This document shows positions 38,099 through 51,249 of a stretch of 64,000 bases of DNA, piece after piece. Location: positions 101,000,001-101,064,000 of the forward strand of contig NW_024704742.1 in NCBI RefSeq assembly GCF_018977255.1, written 5' to 3'. The translations under genes and the position numbers were made by a program. The notes under the pieces were generated by a model. The model ran no database searches, had not been told where the DNA came from, and saw only the letters and a list, made by a program, of their open reading frames with translations. The DNA comes from Callorhinchus milii (lineage: Eukaryota). The first letter of the stretch is position 1. Every line of letters begins with the position of its first letter.

Positions 38099-38599
38099 AC
38101 CATTAACAGATGTGAATTGGTGGAACAGAATGTTAAAAGGTTTTGCAATAGAAAGACAAAGGCATGAGCAATAGGGATAGATTTTACTATAAAACGCTTC
38201 AATAAGTTCAATATGTTCATGCAGTGCTTTAGTACCGTAAAAGGAGTAAGAACTGTTAATTCAGCACTAGAGGCAGAAGGCAGTCACCTCCATAAAATAG
38301 CTCTAAAGCTGTAAAAGTTCTCTTTCACACCTTGATCGTCTGCAAATTATCATCAGTATCTATGAATGTCTTTGATCATCATAGAACTGGCGTTATCAGT
38401 CTGGGTCACATTAGTGTTCACCCCTGGATACTAAACTATTGCATCTGAATCTGTGAATAACATTTCTTAAGCATATACCTTTCTCAGTTTGCACATGTTT
38501 GCCATTTTAGTGAATTCTATACAAGTACAGCCAGTGTTTCAGGTTCTCAACAACTTTTTGACAAAATTACTATGCGATGGATGCCAAATCCATGTGATA

Positions 38600-39110
38600 A
38601 GTGCTTCAAGACTTTAAAGAGATTTAAAAATCAAAGAAAGGCAGGGTATACTTTTGAAGGTAGGGAAATATTAAAAGATGTAATGATTTTGGAAGATAGT
38701 TCCAGAGGACTTGGATGGAACAGAAGAAATGTGGAAAGAGTAATGGATAAAAGTCAAAAGAGTGGAAGGTACAGGTTCGAACTTTTGACTGGAAAAGATT
38801 TAATTATCATGGTGCGGGGAGAACACAGAAAATTGGAGAATTATTGGAAAATTGTAACATTAAGTTTTCTTTTTGATCTCTTTGAAGACCAGAACAAGAA
38901 TAAGACTGAGACACTGGGAATGAATAGAACTTGGAGAGGATGAGGAAAATGGGTTTATTTAACATTGTGCACAAAGGACTGATTTGTTGAAGCTTTTGGA
39001 GAGTGAAGCTAGGGAGGAAAACGTTGGAATTATCTAACATTGAGGTGCTGAAAGCACAGAGAAGGGTTTGCGATCAGCCCTATAAAGTAGCTTCTCCAGC
39101 TTAGAGAGAG
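38600..39110 (+). mobile_element. Old CR1 fragment
   Basis: ENYWKIVTLSFLF (W..ANV..LFKKG-like) and MGLFNIV.KGL..DL.EAF-like remnants. Confidence 0.5.
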
Positions 39111-39539
39111 TTAAATAAGGAATGCAACCATAATGTTAACCTATATTTCTTTTTCATTTACTGTGCAATTCCAGCATTTTTGTTTATATTGGAGAATTGT
39201 GACATTTAATTTTCCTTTTGATCTCTTTGTTTAAATTCCTCACCCCAACACTATTCATAATGGGTGTGCTCAAACGTTAGACACACCACGCTCTGTGCTT
39301 CCATCTTGGGGAATGTGGCATTGGATAGAATTTTATCAGGATAGCAGCCCAACTCAAATACTTTTCTAATTACCTAAAATTTTGCTAAGTCAGGGAAATG
39401 AAGTACTCTTCCAACCCACCTGGATCCCGGTCAATAATTAACACACAGATTTGTCCTTTATTTCAAAAAAGTTTGGAGAAAACCTGGGAGGTTGTGTATT
39501 CCTGTGTTGTGTATTGTGTTGTGTAGTGTATTGTGTATT

Positions 39540-39863
39540 GGAGTCCTGTAGCTCAGTGGTTAGAGCACTCGCTTTGCAAGCGAGAGACCTGAGTTCAATT
39601 CCAGGCAGGGCGAAACCTTGGGCAAGTTTCCTTACTCCACACGCCTAATAATAATCCCTCCAAAACCAAAACCAATAATAAAAAAAATTGGTCATTTTCA
39701 ATTTACGACTGTTTGTGGGACATTGCTGTGCGCAATTGGCTGCCGCGTTCACCCACAAATATACAGTCAATTCACTTTACAGTATGTTCTGTAAAGTGCT
39801 TTGGGACGTCCTCCTGACGTGAAAAGCGCTATATCAAATGCAAGGATTATTATTATTATTATT
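39540..39863 (+). mobile_element. tRNA-Ala/CORE-like/Deu SINE, young short form
   Basis: Near-identical to the 4153 copy; (ATT)6 tail. Confidence 0.95.
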
Positions 39864-41287
39864 CCCACTGTTTGGAGCTAGAGGGGATAAAGTGTGATTA
39901 ATAGGACAGTGAGAGAGAACAATTCAGGGTAGCACCAAGTGCAGGAAACAGACCATATTCATGAAAGGTGTGTTGATAAACACCATCATAAGCACCATCG
40001 TAAACTTTCTCTTCGACTGTGCCTACGGTCACCATGCCCTCTCCCCAGCTCAGCGTCAAGCTCTGCCATTGTTAAATGTTCCAAGCCACTATCCCACATG
40101 AAGGGCACCATATAAATGCAAGTTGTTGTTTCATAAGCCATTTAATGTAATAAGTATCACATCAAACACAAAATGAAATTACACTCATTGCACCTCCACA
40201 TTTTATTATTTTCTGCTGTAGGAATTTGTTTCATTATCAACAATGTCTTGCATTTACATAGCACCGTTCATATGGGGTAAAGTCTTGGAGCACAAAGATA
40301 TTTTTGAACTGAATGATAGTCACACATGGCCTTTCCACACTTCTTCAGCAGGAATTGAGCCAAATAAAAATCTGAGAAACCAGGTTATCCATGTGTGGTT
40401 TATTAAGGATTTTCTCCTCTAGTATTTCAGAATCCCTTGCTCTTATGCCACAGTAAATAATCATCAGCGAGGGAAAATAGCCACGTGAGCTATTCTTTTG
40501 ATGTCAATAAGAATGTTCATTAATTAAGACCCTAAGGCAGATGCAAAATATTACTTTTTTTCCTCTATTTAAATGTCCAAGATTTTTGTCGGTGCAGCAT
40601 TCAGAACATTTGGAATGTGCTATACATCTGGAGTTAACACATCTGGGGGAGAAATTCCACTTGGGCAGGGCTAGACATAGACTAACTCAACATTTCATCT
40701 CTTGCCAAATTCTGGATTATTCTTAGTTTTAATTTTCAAGTCAGTTATCTGAATGTTCTCTTAAAATCTGCAGAAAACTGTCTTCAGATTAAAAATCAAG
40801 ACCAATTTTAAAAATATTAAGATTTTATGCTCTGAAATTTTAAGAAAAAGTCTCTCCTCTTCCACCCTCACCCCTCCCACCCCCACCTCACCAATCCCAA
40901 CTCCTGAGTTTAATATTTCAATGGACTCGCTCCATGGACTTCACATTATGGAAAACAAATAGCAACACAGAAAATATTAAACCTCAGCCATGAATGTTCA
41001 GACCCCAGCATATTTCATTAATAATTTGACTCAGATGTACAATGCTCCCTTAATTCAAACAGGTTACACAGTAAAAGATTAAACATTTCTAGGGAGAAAT
41101 GAAGTGATAATATGAAATTTACCAAATGGAATGAGGAACAAAACAGTGTGAACTCTGGGGGTGTTAGAATATATTATCAGTGACCTGACAAGCACATAGC
41201 AGAATTTAACTTCTTCGCAAGCAAATAAGTATATTAAGCAGTCTAGCTGTGAGAAAATTGAAGCTTGTTTGATCCACAATGTGGATC

Positions 41288-41385
41288 CACTTTACAGTAT
41301 ATCCTGTGAATTCACTTTACAGTATATCCTGTGAATTCACTTTACAGTATATCCTGTGAATTCACTATACAGTATATTCTGTGAA
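41288..41385 (+). repeat. Tandem 25-bp repeat (about 4 units) at the 5' end of a truncated SINE tail
   Basis: CACTTTACAGTATATCCTGTGAATT x3 exact plus a fourth variant that runs into the SINE tail (to ~41450). Confidence 0.92.
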
Positions 41386-41619
41386 GTGCTTTGAGACATC
41401 TCAATGACATAATAAGCCACTATTTCAAATGCAAAGATCATTATTATCGTGATTACCTTTAGATGGGTAGACTACATGAACCAGAGATTTATTCTTGACT
41501 GAATTTGTTGCTACTCTGAGAGGCTGCAAGCAAAGAATTGATTTTGCACAAGGAAGCAAGCAAATATTTTTCCTTGTGGTTGTCAATCCTTGCCAGTTTT
41601 GAATATCTACTAATGGCTA

Positions 41620-41950
41620 GTGTTGGGGTGTGGTACATTGTTGGAGGTGCTATCCTTCTTATGAGATATTAACCAAGTTCCCGTCTGCCTCTTCAAATAG
41701 ACTTTAAAGATTCTGTGGCATTACTCAAAAAGAGAAGAGTTTTTTACAGGGTTCTGACCAGCAAAGCCCCAGGTAAAATTGATCACTCACTTCATGGCTG
41801 TTTGTGAGACATTGCTGTGCACAAATTGGCTGCTGTGTTCACCCACAAAATATACAGTCTCTGCACTTTACAGTTTATCCTGTGAAGCATTTTGAGACAG
41901 TTTGACAATGTGATCAGGCACGACATGAAATGCAATGATTATTATTATTA
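41620..41950 (+). mobile_element. DeuSINE, head lost
   Basis: ttgttggaggtgc..gagatattaacc, Deu domain, (ATT)n tail. Confidence 0.8.
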
Positions 41951-42204
41951 ATATGGTAAAGAAAGCACCACAAAACAAATCACTATCAGAATTATGGGGC
42001 AAATTTCTCCCATTTTTTTTTGCCTGTTTACACAGTAGTATTCATCCTTGCACCAAAAGGAAACAACAACATACTCATTTACTCTTGAGTATATTTTTTT
42101 AAAACGTTACTATGGGAATAATATAATTTTCTTCATGCATCATGATCATTACCAGTTCCAAACTATTAATTTCCAGTCTAAGTAAAGCAAAGCATAGTCG
42201 TAGG

Positions 42205-42645
42205 TATCAGCCTGGCTCAGTTGGTAGCACTCTTACTTCTCAGTCAGAAGGTTATGGTTTCAAGCCTCAGATCAGGACTTTGAGTTCAAAGTCTAGGCTG
42301 ATATTTCAGTGAATGCCGGGGGAAAGCTGCAGTGTTGGAGGTGCCGCCGTTTAGATGAAACATTAAACTGAAGTCCCTTCTACTTGTTTAGGTGGACATT
42401 AGAGATCCTATGACACTAAACAAAATGAGAAGGGAGTTTCTCTCGGTGTCCTGGCCAACCATCCCCCAAATAAATTTGGTCATTCATGGCTGTTTATTGG
42501 ACTTTGCTGTGTGCAAATTGACTACTGCACTTACCCACAAAATACACATCAACCACATTTTACAGTAAATCTTGTGAAGTTCTTTAAAACATCTTCCTGA
42601 CATGAAAGGTAATATATCAAATGCAAGTATTAATATTATTATTAT
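42205..42645 (+). mobile_element. DeuSINE (SacSINE1-like), full length
   Basis: tcagcctggctcagttggtagcactctt..tcagaaggttatggtttcaagcc head, body ggaggtgccgccgtttagatga, Deu domain, tail. Confidence 0.9.
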
Positions 42646-43579
42646 CAATATCTCAAGCCTAGCAAATGCCCAAACCAAGTGATTTCATTTCATATCTTTT
42701 GATCTGGAGATGTAAATTTAATGGAAAGAAAGTATTCTGAGTAAGAACTGTCAGAACTGAAAATTACCAGCATAAAATACAGCAAATCAAAATATGTGCT
42801 AGTTTTGTTATATTGTTACTTTCATTTACCTGTGTCAAGCACAAAATAGAATTGTGTTCTCAGCACAATCTATTTATTATAGTTTAAAATAACCATAAAA
42901 CAAAATGAAGAAATGGTTACAATTAGAGAATTTGCAAATATAAAATTTCAACCATATTAGAACTTTATGCAACACAATAATTACTGAGAGATGTCCCGAG
43001 GCAATCAGAGTTGAATCTCAAAACCCATTTGAGATTTTTTTTAAAAAAAAGACTACCAAATGAAATGAGTTTAAAAGTATTATTTTTTCCAATTTTACAC
43101 GGACTTTCAAAGTGCCCCTTTTTCTGGCAGTTACATCAGGGAATGAATAATGCTCTTGAATTAGTTGGAGAAGCAGTAAAACAATGTGATTATCGATCAT
43201 TTGCAGAAGGATTCCAGTCAATATGAAACGGTCATCAACAAAGCTAATGGGAAACAAGAATTCACCTCTCAAGGGCATTGGACTGAAAGCTATGAGGAGA
43301 AGCTAGCAGAGTTGGGCTTGTTTTAATTGCTCCGCTCTGTATACATTGCAAAAATTAAGCTCAGGGCACACACTGCGCACTGTGCACACATAACTCCTAA
43401 GTTTGAAGAGATATGCTGATTAAACAACCTATTTTGAAGTCACAAGGACCATTTTGTATATTCACTGCATTCTGAACTGTTGCAACTGGCGACAGAAGAA
43501 GCTCCATGATCCTATTAGTAGCGTCAAACTAAAGTGGAGGTCAGTCAAAGATTCCCAGATTTAGAAATGTCATTGTTTT

Positions 43580-44830
43580 CTAAGAACATAAGAACATAAG
43601 AATTAGGAGCAGGAGTAGGCCATTCGGCCCTTCGTGCCTGCTCCGCCATTCAATAAGATCATGGCTGATCTTCTCACCTAACTCTGATTACCTGCCCTAT
43701 CCCCATATCCTCTAATCCCTCTATTTTTCAAGAATCTATCAGTCTCAGCCTTGAAAATGTTCAAGGACTGAGCATCTACAGCCTTCTGGCGGTAGTGAAT
43801 TCCATAAGTTCACTACCCTCTGAGTGAAGAAATGTTTCCTCAACTCTGTTCTAAGTGGCTGACCCTTAATTTTAAGACTATGACCCCTGGTTATAGATTC
43901 TCGTACCAGGGGAAACAGTCCCTCTGTGTCTACTTTATCTGGCCCTTTAAGAATCTTATAAGTTTCAATATGATCCCCCCTAATTCTTCTGTACTCTAGA
44001 GAATACAGCCCTAGTTTATTCAACCTATCCTCATAGGTCAGTCCCCTCATCCCAGGAACTAACCGAGTGAATCTACGCTAACATTGAATTCCATCTGCCA
44101 CCTACTTGCCCACTCCCCGAGCCTATCTGTATCCCGTTGCAATCTTTTTGCATCATCCTGAGAGCTCACTCTGTTACCTAGTTTAGTATCATCCGCAAAT
44201 TTAGACACATTACATTCAATGTCCTCGTCCAGATCATTGATGTAAATGGTAAATAGCTGAGGCCCAAGCACTGATCCTTGTGGCACTCCACAGTTACATC
44301 CTGCCAATTTGAGAATGATCCGTTTATCACTACTCTCTGCTTTCTACCCGATAGCCACTCTTCTATCCATGTTAATATTTTCCCATTAATCCTGTGGGCC
44401 TTGATCTTGAGTAACAGCCTTTTGTGTGGCACCTTGTCAAATGCCTTCCTAAAATCCAAATATACCACATCTACTGGTTCCCCTTATCCAACCGGCTGGA
44501 TACATCCTCAAAAAATTCTAAAAGGTTAGTCAAGCATGACTTCCCTTTTGTAAAGCCATGTTGACTCTGCCTAATCTTTTTATGGTCTTCCAAGTATCCC
44601 ATAACTACGTCTTTTATTAAGGACTCAAGAATTTTCCCTACAACTGACGTCAAACTAACTCGTCTATAGTTTTCCCTATTTTCTCTCCCACCCTTCTTAA
44701 ATAGTGGAGTTACGTTTGGAATCTTCCAATCAATGGGAACTTTTCCAGTATCCACAGACTTTTGGAAGCTTCCACCACTCTCTGCAAAATGATACCAGAT
44801 TTTCCCACAGGGATGTTCTGGAATCAATTA
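43580..44830 (-). mobile_element. CR1 LINE, RT region and 3' end with internal deletion
   Basis: [76 protein letters not shown]; (TTCTTATG)n tail at 43581-43602. Confidence 0.96.
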
Positions 44831-45198
44831 CAATCAAATACCAATTAAATACCATAAGGACAGTATCCTCATAAGATAACTTTAACCCTTTTCTCTGCTG
44901 ATATATCCAAACTCGTTCCAATGGTGATTTGGAATGTACACACTGATGCATGGGTATGATGCATGGTAGACACATGTTGCATTTGCAGTCTGTTTGAGAA
45001 AATATTAAAGATCCCATGGCACTACTTGAATAGAAAACAGAATTTATCCCATTTCCTGGCCAAAAATCCTCAGATAAAGTTCATCAAATATTCACCTCAT
45101 TACTGCACGCAAATTCGTTGTCTTGTTCGCTTACAAATACACCATCACTATACTTCACTATAAAATCTGTGAAGCGCTTTGAGACATCCTAATATAAC

Positions 45199-46159
45199 AC
45201 CAACAACAACTTGCACTTATATAGTGCCCTCCACACATAGTCGCGTCTTAGAGCTCTAAACAGTGGCAGAGCCACTGGGGGGGCATGTGGCTGTAGGCAC
45301 GGTCGAAGAGGAAGGTCTTCAGATGGGACATGAAAAAGGGGAGAGAGGGGACAAGGTGGAGGGATTGAGTGAGTGTGTTCCACAGTTTTGGGGCATAATG
45401 ACTGAAAGCGCAACTTCCAATGATGGGGCGGGGGATGCAAGGGACAAGCAGGAGGCATGTGACAGTTGAGTGGAGGTGCTGGGTGGTGGATTGCGGAGTG
45501 AGGAGGTTGGAGGTGTAGGGAGGTGTCAGAGAATGAAAAGATTTGAACACAAGTGTGAGGATTTTGAAGTCGATCCGTTCGGTAATAGGATCCGATGGAG
45601 CCTGGCCAGAACTGGTGAGTTGTGGGTATGGAGTTTGGTCCAGGTCAGTATGTGGGTGGCAGCGTTCTGGGTGAGCTGGATCTTTTGAATAGTGGAGTTG
45701 GGGAGACCGGTGAGGAGTGCGTTTGAATAATCCTGCCACCCACATACAGGTGGGAGGTGACAAACACATGCACAAGGGTTTCAGCTGCATTTGAGGTAAG
45801 GTACTGTCGGAGGTGGGCAACATGGAGGAGGTGGACAAAGGCGATCCTGGTCAGGGACCGGATGTGGGGGAGGAAGAACAACTGGGGATTGAACCAGATG
45901 CCTAGATTGCGCCCTGGTTCAGTGAGTCTGAGGGAGAACCCAGGGAGGTTGAGGAGTTTAGATCCACAGGAGTGAAGACGTTGACAGGAGCCAAAGAATA
46001 TGGCTTCCGTCTTGTCCACATTCAGCTACAGGAAGTTTGCACTCATCCAGGCCCTGGTGTTACCAGACAAACTGATAGAACATCAGCGGATCTGGAGTTC
46101 CTACGGAGAAGGCAAAGTAGATTTGTGCATCATCCCCACATCTATGTGTCATCCGCATA
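45199..46159 (-). mobile_element. L2 LINE 3' portion inserted in a SINE tail
   Basis: Starts at YADDT (tatgcggatgacac); KTEAIFFGS, FNPQLFFLPHI, ERIDFKIL; (TTG)n tail; possible TSD ATAAC (45194-45198, 46160-46164). Confidence 0.92.
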
Positions 46160-46650
46160 ATAACGTAATAAGGAACTATATGTCAAGTGCAAGTATTATT
46201 AATACAACTATCTAACTATTCTCTAGCTGAGCAGTAAAGTTGAATAGTTGAGAGTTTTACCATAAAATACATCTGGCACCGCTGAGAGGAGTTCTCTGAT
46301 TGTTCTCTGAATGGAATGTTTTCATAAGTTTCCAATTCACATACTGTGAATGACACCAATAATGGCATCTAAGAAGCACACCAGCACTGTCTCCTCTGTG
46401 TGGCTGCTGGCAAAGACACCCATCCTGTGAATGGTTTTCCAAGAAAGCAAGATTCCATCAGAGTTGAGTTGCTGCAACACTGCATATCATAATTGTAATA
46501 GTAACAATAATAATAATAATCCTTCCAATTGGTACAGTGCCTTTCACATAAAGTGCTCTGAGATGCTACCCCGCTTGAAGGGCCTTATGTAAATGCAAGC
46601 TGTTGTTGTATCAAAGCGCTTCACAGGATTTACTGTGAAATGGAGTGATT

Positions 46651-47962
46651 TCCGATTTCAAACAGGTTTCTGTGCTGCCCAAAGCACGGAAACAGCCCCT
46701 GGTCAAAGTCATTAACAACATTCTGATCATCTGCGACCAAGGCTCTCTCTGTCTTTTTGTCCTTCTTGACTCTCAACTACCTTCGACACTGTCGACTATT
46801 TTATCCTCCTATACTGCCTCTCCTCTCAGCTCAATTTTCGCAGACCTGCACTTGCCTGGTTCAAATCCTACCTCTCCCAGCTTCTCCACCAGCATCCCCA
46901 ATGTTCCTTTGGGTCCTGTACTTGGCCCTCTCCTTTTCAGTATCTATTGGCTCCCGTTTGGTAATATGATCCGCAGACATGGGGTCAACTTCCACATGTA
47001 TGCGGATGACACCCAACTCTATCTCTCTGCCTCCACCCTTGAATCCAGCACCACTGCTGTCCTTACAAACTGCCTGACAAGCATCAAATCTTGGATGAGA
47101 GCTAACTTCCTGCAGTTGAATGTCAACAAGACCAAGGTCTTCCTGCTTGGGCTCCCATCAGTGCCTCCATACCTCAGACGCTGACAGCATCTCCCTCCAT
47201 GGATGCACTCTCACGGAGCCAATACGGAACCTCAGTATCCTGTTCAACCATCAACTGTCCTTCATACCCCACATTCATGCCATGACCCGCTCTGCCTTTC
47301 CCACTTCTGCATCGCTCAGCTCCGCCACTGTCTCACACCGCAGGCTACCGAGACCTTCATACATGCATTCATAACATCCAGCCTCGACTTCGCAAACTCT
47401 CTGCTTGTCAGCTTCCCCAACTCTTCCCTCCATAAGCTGCAGATCATACAGAACTCTGCAGCCCATGTCCTCTCCCGCACCAGGCTCCTCTCTGCAATCA
47501 CCCCACCCTCACCTGACTCCCCTGGCTTCCCAGCGTACAGAGGATACAGTTCAAGATCCTGGTCCTCACTTTCAAAGCCCTCATGCCCTTACTTCTCCCT
47601 ACTTCTGTGACCTCCTAACGCACCACCAACCTGCCCCCTCCCTCTGCTCAGCCGGCTCCGGCCTGCTTTACATCCACCCAGTCACCTGTCCCATCATTGG
47701 TGGTGGGCCTTCAGTCACTCCGTCCCCACCTCTGAAACTCCATCCCGAAGTCCCTCCACCTTGCCCCCTCCCTTACCTCCTTCAAGACACGTTTCAAAAC
47801 GCTCCTCTTCAACTGTGCTTTCGGTTACTTTCCTCCACCCCTGCCCTCCACCCTCCCCGATCTCAACCCTCAGTTCGCGTCCGAAACACTGATTGTCCAG
47901 CGCCTTGGGATGTCCACCCGACGTGAAAGGCATTACACAAATGTAATTTTATTGTTGTTTGT
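46651..47962 (+). mobile_element. L2 LINE RT region and 3' end
   Basis: [52 protein letters not shown]; (TTG)n tail; possible TSD TGATT. Confidence 0.94.
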
Positions 47963-48159
47963 TGATTGTGTAAGTCATTGTAGCTGGAGAATTGTACACA
48001 GCAATGTTCTAGAAGACAGCCATGAAATAAATGACAAATTTTATTTGGAGGTTTGCAGGTGAGGATACCAGTAGAAACCCCCTTCTCTTTTCGAATAGTG
48101 CCTCAAGATCTTTCACATAACTGAACAGGCAGACAGGGCCTTGGTTTAATGCCTAATCC

Positions 48160-48831
48160 TTTGTCTTTGTCACCTCAAGGCTGGACTATGGGAACTCTCT
48201 CCTCGCCGGCCTTCCCGCCACCTCCCTCCACAAGCTGCAGGTCATTCAGAACTCTGCAGCTCATGTACTGTCCCGCACCAGGCTTCGGGACCACATCACT
48301 CCCACCCTCTCTCGCCTCCACTGGCTCCCCATCCCCCAGAGGATTGATTTCAAGATCCTCATCCTCACCTACAAGGCCATTCACGGCCTTGCTCCCTCCT
48401 ACCTCTCCGACCTACTATCCCCCTACCTACCTGCCCGTACCCTCCGTTCCTCTGGCTCCGGTCTGCTCCACGTCCCCCGCCCCAACCGCCCTACCATCGG
48501 TGGTCGGGCCTTCAGCCTCTCAGCCCCCAGTCTCTGGAACTCCATCCCCCAGTGCCTTCGCCTTGCTTCCTCCCTTTCCTCCTTCAAGGCCGGTCTCAAA
48601 ACCTTTCTCTTTGACCGAGCCTTCAGCTCCCCTCTCGACTCTCTTCCCCCTCCTCGCTCCCTCCCTTCCCTCCCCTCACCCTGACCATTTCCCCCCTCCT
48701 CGCTCCCTCCCTTCCCTCCCCCTGACCATTTTCCCCCCTGCTCGGGTCATGACCCAACTGTGCAGCGCCTTGGGACGTCCTCCTGACGTGAAAGGCGCTT
48801 TATAAATGGAATCTTGTTGTTGTTGTTGTTG
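48160..48831 (+). mobile_element. Young L2 LINE 3' fragment with uninterrupted ORF2 C-terminus
   Basis: Stop-free frame FVTSRLDYGNSLLAGLP..LHWLPIPQRIDFKIL..LWNSIP..LKTFLFDRAF; CpGs retained; (TTG)n tail; TSD TAATCC (48154-48159, 48832-48837). Confidence 0.96.
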
Positions 48832-49109
48832 TAATCCGATAGATTGCTCCTCCGACAATACAGCACACCATCAGCACTGCAATGGAGTGTCAGCTTAAAG
48901 TATGTGAGTTCAAATCCCAATATGGGACTTGAACCCACAACCTTTTGACTCAGAGAAGAGAGTGCCAATGAGCCAGGGTGACACAGGTTGTACAGAAGAA
49001 TCCCTAGAATAAAAGCATTCTCCAATGCATAAATTTCCAATGTACATCCTCTCCTCAAACTTGGGGTTTGGGGTCAAACTGTGAGGAAATGCTGTATTTC
49101 CAAAATCAA

Positions 49110-50880
49110 GGGGATACGCTCAGCCACATCTGCCCCGTCCACAGCCAACCCCACATCATCTCTCCCTCACCTATCCCCCCCATACACCTTCAAACCTATC
49201 TCTCCCTCCTCCCTCTCCGCGATTTTTTGGAAACTCAAACTCACCACCTTATCCCTCGATACCATACCCACCTATTTCCTCATCTCCTAGCTCAACCTTC
49301 TGGCCACTCTCCTGCTGACTTCATCAATCTCTCCTTGTCAACCGGTTCAGTTCCAACTTCCCTAAAAACTGTTCTCATCACACCCATCCTGAAAAAACCT
49401 TCCCTGAACCCATCCCTACTCTTTAGCTACCACCCCATCTCTAACCTCCCATTCCTCTCCAAGGTCCTGGAATGAGTCGTCGTGTCCCAGCTCCACTCCT
49501 TTCTCTCTCGCCATTCCCTCTTTGAACCCCTCCAATCCGGCTTCCACGTTGCCCACAGCACGGAAACAGCCCTGCTCAAAGTCATTAATGACATACTGAA
49601 CATCTATGATCAGGGCTCCCTCTGCCTCCTTGTTCTCCTCAACCTCTCTCCCGCCTTTGACACTGTCGACCACTCCATCCTCATACATCGCCTTTCCTCC
49701 TTACTTAATCTTCGCGGACCTGCCCTTGCCTGGTTTGATTCCTATCTCTCTCACCATCTACACTTTGTTGCCTCTAACGGCTTCTCCTCCAGTCCCCGCA
49801 CTGTCACGTCTGGTGTCCCCCAGGGCTCTGTCCTTGGCTCTCTCCTCTTTAATATCTACATGCTCCCCCTTGGTGACATCACTGCAGACATGGGGTCAAC
49901 ATCCATATGTATGCGGATGACAGCTTTGTCTTTCTGCCTCCACCCTCAACTCCAGGACCACTGCTGTCCTGACAGACTGCCTGTCGGACATCAAATCCTG
50001 GATGAGGGCAAATTTCCGACAGTTGAATGTGAACAAGACTAAGACCCTCCAGATTGGCTCGCGCCAGCGTCTCAGCACCTCAGGCTCTGGCAACGTTAAC
50101 CTCCATGGTTGCTCTCCAACTCACCAAGCCAGTCAGGAACCTAGGTGCCTTGTTCGACCCTCAACTGTCTTTTCTTCCCCACATCCAAGCCATGACCGGC
50201 TCTGCCTTCCATCACCTCCATAACATCGCTCGACTCCGCCACTACCTCACCCCTCAGGCCACTGAAACTCTTGTTCATGCCTTCATCACCTCCAGGCTCG
50301 ACTATGCAAATGCCCTGCTTGTCGGCCTTCCCAACTCCTCCCTCCACAGGTTGCAGATAATCCAGAACTCTGCAGCCCGTGTCCTCTCCCACACTAAACT
50401 CCGCGACCCCATCTCCCCCACTCTCGCCCAACTCCATTGTTTCCCTATCCTTCAGAGGATCCAGTTCTAAATCCTGGTCCTCACTTACAAAGCCCTCAAT
50501 AGTCTCGCCCCACCCTTTCTCTGTGACCTCCTAACCCCCTACCAACCCATCTGCTCCCTCCGCTCAGCCGGATCCGGCCTGCTCCACATCCCCCGACCCA
50601 CCCGCCCCACCATTGGTGGGAGAGCCTTCAGCCACTCTTCCCCCAACCTCTGGAACTCCATCCCCCAGTCACTCCGCCTCGCCCCCTCCTTAGCCTCCTT
50701 CAAGTCCCACCTCAAGACCCTCCTCTTCGACTATGCCATTGGTTACCCCCTTCCCCTCCCCTCCCTTCTCCCCACTGACCCCAGCTCGGGTCTGAAATGC
50801 TGTACAGTGTCCAGCGCCTTGGGACGTCCTCCCGACGTGAAAGTCGCTATACAAATGTAATTTTGTTGTAGTTCTTGTTG
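49110..50880 (+). mobile_element. L2 LINE, longest copy (RT through 3' tail), disrupted
   Basis: [60 protein letters not shown]; tail GGGACGTCCTCCCGACGTG and TTGTTG. Confidence 0.96.
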
Positions 50881-50885
50881 TACAT

Positions 50886-51249
50886 GGAGTCCTGTAGCTC
50901 AGTGGTTAGAACACTCACCTCGCAAGCAAGAAACCTGGGTTCGATCCCCAGCAGGGCGAAATTTTGGCAAGTTTCCTTACTCCACACGCCTCTGTTTACG
51001 TAGCAGTAAGTAGGAACCCATTTATTAGTTGATTGGCAGATTGCTTTTCTGGGCATAATAATTTCTTCAAAAAAATAATAATAAATTGGTCACTTTAATC
51101 CATGACTGTTTGTGGAACACTGCTCTGCGCAATTGGCTGCTTTGTTTCGTCTACAAAATATACAGTCAATTCACTTTACAGTATATTCTATGAAGCGCTT
51201 TGGACGTCTTGAAGACATAATATATCAAATGAAAGGATTATTATTATTA
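50886..51249 (+). mobile_element. tRNA-Ala/CORE-like/Deu SINE, long form
   Basis: Head, ggcaagtttccttactccacacgcctctgtttacgtagcagtaagtaggaacc, Deu domain, tail. Confidence 0.92.

Larger units (their letters stand above)
46505..48983 (-). mobile_element. One DeuSINE split into four pieces by three L2 insertions
   Basis: Collinear pieces 46505-46550, 46609-46650, 47963-48159, 48832-48983 (tail to head). Confidence 0.75.

Noticed and set aside
41288..41385. Direct repeats resembling a CRISPR array
   Set aside because: Units are contiguous with no unique spacers, derive from SINE sequence, and the context is eukaryotic with no cas genes
43130..43330. Exon-like stretch after cccctttttctggcag
   Set aside because: Resembles decayed CR1 RT (D.QK.F; SYEEKLAELGLF)
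48149..48805. 218-aa Pro/Ser-rich ORF (similar ones at 47405, 12965, 6531)
   Set aside because: Alternative frames of C-rich L2 sequence, not host genes
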